Below are positions 58,935-64,000 of a DNA stretch of 64,000 bases, one piece after another; the stretch's first letter is position 1, and each line of letters opens with the position of its first letter. The notes under the pieces were generated by a model that ran no database searches, was not told the origin of the DNA, and saw only the letters and a list, made by a program, of their open reading frames with translations. This DNA is from an uncultured Acidobacteriota bacterium (GTDB lineage Bacteria > Acidobacteriota > Thermoanaerobaculia > UBA5066 > DATFVB01). The translations under genes were made by a program, and so were the position numbers. The stretch covers positions 704,001 to 768,000 of the forward strand of contig CAWEYG010000001.1 of NCBI GenBank assembly GCA_963813155.1, given 5' to 3'.

Positions 58935-60209
58935 TTAGAGATCTCCGGCGGCGACTTCGACGAGCTCTCCGGGGCGAACGTGCTTGCGAACTCCTGCGTC
59001 GATCTCGTCTTTCGTGAGGGCGTCGACCAGGGCGGGAAATCCGTCGAGGTAGTCGATGCCGAGGCCGTAGCATTCCGCCATGTCGAGGGAGCCCGCGATT
59101 CCGGAATTCGACGCGAGATCGACCTTGAACTTCCCGACCCGCGAGCGCTTCTCGTCCTCGACCTCCCGGGGAGTGATGCCCCCGGAGACGAACTCTTCCA
59201 GCACCGCCCGGGCGGACGCGACCGCCCGGCCGAGGTTTGCGGGGGCGACGGTGAGCGAGACGGAGAAAGGCCCCGAATACCGCCCCGCCGAAACGCGGGC
59301 GTTGATGCCGTAGGTCAGGCCCTCCGTGTCCCGAACGCGCAGGCCGAGCCGGGAGGACAGGGTCGACTGTCCGAGCGCCGCGACGCCGAGCGTTGTCGCG
59401 AGATAGTCGGGATCGGTCCGCAGGAGGCGCGAGTCGTGCGCGAGGAGCACGTCCGCATTCACTTTGTCCTTCATCGAAACGATTTCCGAGGCCGATCGCG
59501 CCGGCCCGACCGGGGGCACGTCGAGCCGCGGCTCCGAACCGGCCGGCGCTCCCGACAGGAGCTCGGCGAACTGCTCGACGGTTGCCTGCGCTTCCAGGTC
59601 TCCGACGGCCACGAGAATCATCGTTGCCGTGCCATAGCGCGATTCGTGAAACGCGAACAGGTCCCTGGCAGTCGACCGCTCGATCGCCCCGATGATCTCT
59701 TCCGGCGTGTCCGCGCAATAGGGATGGCCCGGCGGGTAGAGCAGCCGCGAAGCCGCCGTGGAAGATCGCCAGCCGGTTTGATCCGAAAGCTGCCGGATCC
59801 CTCCGATGAGCCTTTCTTTTTCGCGCGACAGCTCGTCCTCGGGGAACGCCGGTTCGGTCAACATTTCCACGAGCGCTTCGAAAGCGAGGATTCGGTCGCG
59901 CGAGAGGCAGGACAGCGAGATGTCGGCGGTGTCCGGATCGCCCCCCGAGGCCGAAAACGAGATGGAGATTCCCCGGCTCTCGAGCTCCGCCGCCATCTGC
60001 ATCTTCGTCCGGCGCCGGGTTCCTTTTTCGAGCATCTGCGCCGTCAGCGACGCGAGCACCGGATTCGAATCGGGCGAATAGGCCGATCCCGCGCGCAGCG
60101 TTCCCGACAGGGCGATCGTGGGGTTGAAGTGGTTTTCGAGCGAAAGGAAGCGCGCCCCCGAGGCATCGAGCAGGCGGGCAGTCCTTTCGCGAAACGACAG
60201 CTTCGTCAT
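58935..60209 (-). CDS. M16 peptidase, non-catalytic partner subunit
   Basis: No HxxEH; LSSRLGLRVRDTEGLTYG; ATG 60209 overlaps the upstream stop. Confidence 0.85.
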   Translation of the reverse strand: MTKLSFRERTARLLDASGARFLSLENHFNPTIALSGTLRAGSAYSPDSNPVLASLTAQMLEKGTRRRTKMQMAAELESRGISISFSASGGDPDTADISLSCLSRDRILAFEALVEMLTEPAFPEDELSREKERLIGGIRQLSDQTGWRSSTAASRLLYPPGHPYCADTPEEIIGAIERSTARDLFAFHESRYGTATMILVAVGDLEAQATVEQFAELLSGAPAGSEPRLDVPPVGPARSASEIVSMKDKVNADVLLAHDSRLLRTDPDYLATTLGVAALGQSTLSSRLGLRVRDTEGLTYGINARVSAGRYSGPFSVSLTVAPANLGRAVASARAVLEEFVSGGITPREVEDEKRSRVGKFKVDLASNSGIAGSLDMAECYGLGIDYLDGFPALVDALTKDEIDAGVRKHVRPGELVEVAAGDL

Positions 60210-61510
60210 GCCGGCTCCTTCGGGACGAACCACCCGACGGTCGCGAAATCGTCCTGGAAGCACGCGCCGGCCGCGCGCGCGATGTCTTCTCGCGTCACTG
60301 CCTGGATTTTCGGGAGGTAATCGACGTACCAGTCCCAGTCGGCCACGGCGATGGCCTCCGTCAGGCTGCCCGCGACCTGGTCCGTCGTATCGCGCTCGAA
60401 GATCACGTCCGCTTCGATCTGGGTTTTCGCCTTTCGGAGCTCGTTCTCGGTCACGCCCTCGCTCACGACTCGCCGGATCTCGGCGCGAAGGATGTCCTCC
60501 GCGCGCTGGTGCTCGGTTCCCGGAGCGAGGGTCGTGAAAAAAGAGAAGAGCGACGGATCGTGCAGCTGCCAGGCGATGGCCGACACCGAGATCGAAAGCG
60601 AGGGCTCGACGAGGGCCTGGTACAACCGCGAGGTGACGCCAACGCCAAGGATGTTGGCAAGCACGGCGAGAGGGAACGTGTCGGGGTCCGACGCGGCGAC
60701 GGAGCGAAAGGAGACGGCGACCCAGCCAAGCTGGCCCGCGCGTCGAACCGTGAACCGCCGTTCGCCTTCCTGGCGCGGCTCCTCCGTGTAGATCCGCGGA
60801 ATCGGCGTCTCCGATCGGGGAATCGAGCCGAAATGCCGGGCCAGGAGCGCGAGCGCCTCCGGTTCCTCGAAGTCCCCGAGCGCGATCGCGGTGGCGTTCT
60901 CGGGATGGTAGAACGTGTCGTAGAACTCCTTGAGGCGCGACGTCGGCATTCCTTCGATATCGCTCTTCCACCCGATCGTCGGATGATGGTACGGATGCTC
61001 CCGAAACGCGATCGCGAACGTGTCCTTGTACAGGACCTGGAACGGGCTGTTCTCTCCCCGCTCGAACTCGTTGCGGACGACCGTCATCTCCGGCACGCGG
61101 TCGCCGTCGCGAATGAAAGATCCGCGCATGCGGGACGCCTCGATTCGCATCGCCAGCTCGAGCTGATCGGAGGGAACGGTCTCGAAGTAGTTCGTCCGGT
61201 CGAACCAGGTCGTCGCGTTGAACCGCGCGCCGACGGCTTCGAGCGTCGCGGCGATCTGCGTTCCCGCCTCGCGGTTGAACTCGGGCGTGCCCTTGAACAT
61301 CAGGTGCTCGAGGAGATGCGTCGCTCCCGTGTGGCCGACCGCCTCGTGCCGGGAACCCACCCGGTAGACCACGCAGAACGTCGCGACGGGAGCGACGGAA
61401 TTTCGCAGCAGGAGAACCTGCATCCCGTTGGAGCGCAGGCGCCATTCGCGAATTCCCTCTCGCTCCTTGACGAAGTCAAAAACCGGGACAGGCGAGCTCG
61501 AGGCCGCCAT
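60206..61510 (-). CDS. M16 peptidase, catalytic subunit
   Basis: GATHLLEHLMFKGT, NATTWFDRTNY, HPYHHPTIGW. Confidence 0.92.
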   Translation of the reverse strand: MAASSSPVPVFDFVKEREGIREWRLRSNGMQVLLLRNSVAPVATFCVVYRVGSRHEAVGHTGATHLLEHLMFKGTPEFNREAGTQIAATLEAVGARFNATTWFDRTNYFETVPSDQLELAMRIEASRMRGSFIRDGDRVPEMTVVRNEFERGENSPFQVLYKDTFAIAFREHPYHHPTIGWKSDIEGMPTSRLKEFYDTFYHPENATAIALGDFEEPEALALLARHFGSIPRSETPIPRIYTEEPRQEGERRFTVRRAGQLGWVAVSFRSVAASDPDTFPLAVLANILGVGVTSRLYQALVEPSLSISVSAIAWQLHDPSLFSFFTTLAPGTEHQRAEDILRAEIRRVVSEGVTENELRKAKTQIEADVIFERDTTDQVAGSLTEAIAVADWDWYVDYLPKIQAVTREDIARAAGACFQDDFATVGWFVPKEPA

Positions 61511-61534
61511 CGAGTCCTCCGTTCGAGATTTGAT

Positions 61535-62347
61535 TCAGCCGCCGCCGGCGATGTCTTCGGCTCCGTCCACGCCGATCACGTTTCCCGAAATCCAGCGTGT
61601 TCGTCCCGAAGCGAGGGCGACGAGGGCGCCCGCCACGTCCCCGGGCGTCGTGAGCCGGCGCGCCGGATGAAGGGCGAGAACCCGTTCGATCATGGCTTCG
61701 TTCCCCGGAATCTTTCGCAGAGCCGGCGTGTCGGTCACTCCGGCTCGAATCGCGTTCGCCGTGATGTTGCGCGGAGCCAGCTCCACGGCGATCTGGCGGA
61801 TGTGGGACTCGAGCGCGCTCTTTGCCGACGACACGGCGCCGTACGCCGGCCACACGATGTGGTCGCCGGCAGAAGTCATCGCGAAGATCTTCGCCTCGTC
61901 GGCGAAGAGATCGGAAAAATAGAGGTCCTGGGTCCAGTAGACGAGCGAGTGCGCCATGACGTCGAGCGTCATCTCGATCTGCGTCTTCGCGAGGGAACCC
62001 TCTCGGGTCTCGCCGAACATGGGCTTGAGGGTCCCGAACGCGAGGGTGTGGAGCATCACCGAGACCCGCTCCGATTTCGGAGCGTCCGCGAGGGCCTCCC
62101 GCATCCGGCCGACGACTTCCTGGCGCTTGGCCTCGTCGGCCGCGTTGACGTTGAAGAACTCCGCTCGCCGGTTCGCCGCCCGAATACGGCCGACGATTTC
62201 CTCGACCTTCGGCAGCGTCGATTTGCGGTCGAGGTGGACGCCGAAGATGTCCCATCCGGCGTCGGCCAGGGCCAGCGAACACGCTTCCCCGAACCCCGAA
62301 GAGGCGCCCAGAACGAGCGCCCACCCCCGCCTGTTGTCTCCGCCCAT
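61535..62347 (-). CDS. SDR oxidoreductase, enoyl-ACP reductase (FabL/FabI-like)
   Basis: LGASSGFG, YGAVSSAK (Yx6K), GVTDTPAL; extended -10 TGcTAAACT 8 nt before ATG 62347. Confidence 0.8.
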   Translation of the reverse strand: MGGDNRRGWALVLGASSGFGEACSLALADAGWDIFGVHLDRKSTLPKVEEIVGRIRAANRRAEFFNVNAADEAKRQEVVGRMREALADAPKSERVSVMLHTLAFGTLKPMFGETREGSLAKTQIEMTLDVMAHSLVYWTQDLYFSDLFADEAKIFAMTSAGDHIVWPAYGAVSSAKSALESHIRQIAVELAPRNITANAIRAGVTDTPALRKIPGNEAMIERVLALHPARRLTTPGDVAGALVALASGRTRWISGNVIGVDGAEDIAGGG

Positions 62348-62378
62348 CGCGGCGGAGTTTAGCATAGGGTTTCCGGCG

Positions 62379-64000
62379 CTACGGGACGTAGCCCCGCATC
62401 GTCCGCAGGCGCACGTCGGGCTTTTTGCACACGACCGCGACGGACCGAAATTCTTCGTCCCCCTTCGTCGAGTCGGTGCGGTAGGAGAGGATGTACTGCG
62501 ATCTCAGCTCGGTCTCGATCTGGTGAACGATGTCGGGGATTTTCCGGGCGTCCGACGTGAAGAAGATCTCGCCGCCGGTGTCGGCGGCGATTTCCTTCAG
62601 TTTCGAGCGGATCGCGAATTCCGCCACCGAGAGGTCGACCCCGATCACGTAGACCGGGACGCCGATCGACCGCAGGTAGCGCAGCATCGTCGGATAGTCG
62701 ACCCAGGAGTGGTTGTCGCCTCCGTCGGAGATCACGACGAGCGCCTTTCGCCCCGTCGTCGCCCGAAACTGGTACAGGCCGAGCACGATCGAATCGAAGA
62801 GCGCCGTCTGGCCCGATGCCGTCGTGTTGAGAACGGCTTTCACGAGCTCGGGGACGTCGGAAGAAGGAGAGGCGACGAGGGTCGGCACCTCGTTGAACTC
62901 GATCACGAAGCCGCGGTCCTTCTCGTGGATCATGTCCTTGAACAGGGAGCTGCCCGCCTCGTGGACGAACTCCATCGCCTTGCGCATCGATCCGGATCCG
63001 TCGATCACGAGCCCGATGTTGAGCGGTAAATTCTGCGCAATCTCGAACGAGAGGAGCTTCTGCGGCCGGCCATCCTCCGAGACGGCGAAATCCGGCTCGG
63101 CCAGGCCCTTGACGAAATGGCCCTCCCGATCCAGCGCGGAAACGTGGAGCTGAACGACGTCCACCTTGACGTTCTCGACCGCCGTTCCCTGCCCGCGCAG
63201 AAATCGGATGTCGTTGGCCTCCTGCCCCTCCGGGGTGAGCGCCGTCGCCCGCAGGTAGCTCGCTTTCGAGTACTGCGCAGCCGGAATGATCGCCACGTAA
63301 GGAGGACCCGCGAAGGTCTGGAACTTCTTGTCGTCGACGAAGAGGTCCACGGTCTTCGCCGTTCCGCCGTTGATCGATTGAACCGCGAGCCGCACCGTCA
63401 CGCCGGACGAGGCGGCGCGGGCGGGAATCGGAAGGATCCGGACGGCCACTTTCGCGTCGCCCTCGTTGATCGCCCAGGCGTCCTCGTCGACGAGGTTTCC
63501 GAGAGCGTCGAAGCCCACCGCGCGGACCGTCTGGCGCCTCGGAATCTTCCCCAGGTCGATCTCGACCGTGTACGGAGGACGCGTGCGCGCGAGGATGAGC
63601 TTCTCGTCGAGGTAGAACTCGACCTTCGTCACGGGAGGCTCGACGGTGGCAGAGAGCCGCATGAGGCCGACGGGAGCCTCCCGGTCCGGGGGCAGGATCT
63701 TGACCCGCGGGGCGGCGGCCGCGAGAGCCCCCGCGTCGAGCCGGGACGGGATTCCCTCCGGCGCGGTCAGGACGACCCCTTCGGCTGACGGAAGCGTCGA
63801 CCCGTCGTTCGGCGCCATTTCGGGGCGGAACGGCTGACCGACTTCCGGAACGTCGATGGGAAACTTGAGGGACGCGTAAGTCTTGAGGGAATCGCCCAGG
63901 TCGATCTCGACCTCGTAGGCGCCCGGGGCGAGCGACCGAAGGAAGGAAAACGAGAGCGGCTCTCCGTCGCTGAGTTTCCCGGAGAAGGGGTAGCTCAGCG
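62379..64000 (-). CDS. VWA-domain protein with Ig-like domains, N-terminus beyond the window
   Basis: MIDAS DGSGS, TALFDS, ISDGGD, ELRSQYILSY. The frame stays open from 63818 to the window end. Confidence 0.85.
   Translation of the reverse strand, partial: LSYPFSGKLSDGEPLSFSFLRSLAPGAYEVEIDLGDSLKTYASLKFPIDVPEVGQPFRPEMAPNDGSTLPSAEGVVLTAPEGIPSRLDAGALAAAAPRVKILPPDREAPVGLMRLSATVEPPVTKVEFYLDEKLILARTRPPYTVEIDLGKIPRRQTVRAVGFDALGNLVDEDAWAINEGDAKVAVRILPIPARAASSGVTVRLAVQSINGGTAKTVDLFVDDKKFQTFAGPPYVAIIPAAQYSKASYLRATALTPEGQEANDIRFLRGQGTAVENVKVDVVQLHVSALDREGHFVKGLAEPDFAVSEDGRPQKLLSFEIAQNLPLNIGLVIDGSGSMRKAMEFVHEAGSSLFKDMIHEKDRGFVIEFNEVPTLVASPSSDVPELVKAVLNTTASGQTALFDSIVLGLYQFRATTGRKALVVISDGGDNHSWVDYPTMLRYLRSIGVPVYVIGVDLSVAEFAIRSKLKEIAADTGGEIFFTSDARKIPDIVHQIETELRSQYILSYRTDSTKGDEEFRSVAVVCKKPDVRLRTMRGYVP

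Overview
High-GC bacterial chromosomal window, most consistent with Acidobacteriota; this is inferred from gene content and order, not from a marker gene. From left to right it carries: a pilB-pilT-pilC-pilS-pilR type IV pilus locus (pilS frameshifted); an LPS inner-core/lipid A cluster (waaA, lpxK, lpxL, frameshifted waaF, split hldA/hldC, waaC); an ECF sigma/anti-sigma pair heading a T2SS/T4P-like operon; an M16 peptidase, dut, a GT2, an MBL hydrolase and purSQL; and a MacAB-type ABC transporter. The standout is an ~17.6 kb array (39224-56858) of ELEVEN intact, paralogous ~410-420 aa proteins. Each has a PP-loop ([ST]xGxDS), a G[ST]Hx(2)[LI]D motif, a QueC-like C-x(8-9)-NCGxCxKC metal site and a basic amphipathic C-terminal tail. 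They are interleaved with two paralogous class II glutamine amidotransferases (AsnB-like), each behind a duplicated bidirectional promoter. No glycosyltransferase or precursor peptide lies inside the array, and I cannot assign it to a characterised pathway. Other observations: a two-copy ~80 bp structured intergenic repeat, many apparently leaderless genes, two leaderless mini-ORFs, several ECF and sigma54-like promoter motifs, and small unannotated proteins. No rRNA, tRNA, CRISPR array or transposase was seen. All assignments come from motifs read by eye; no searches were run.
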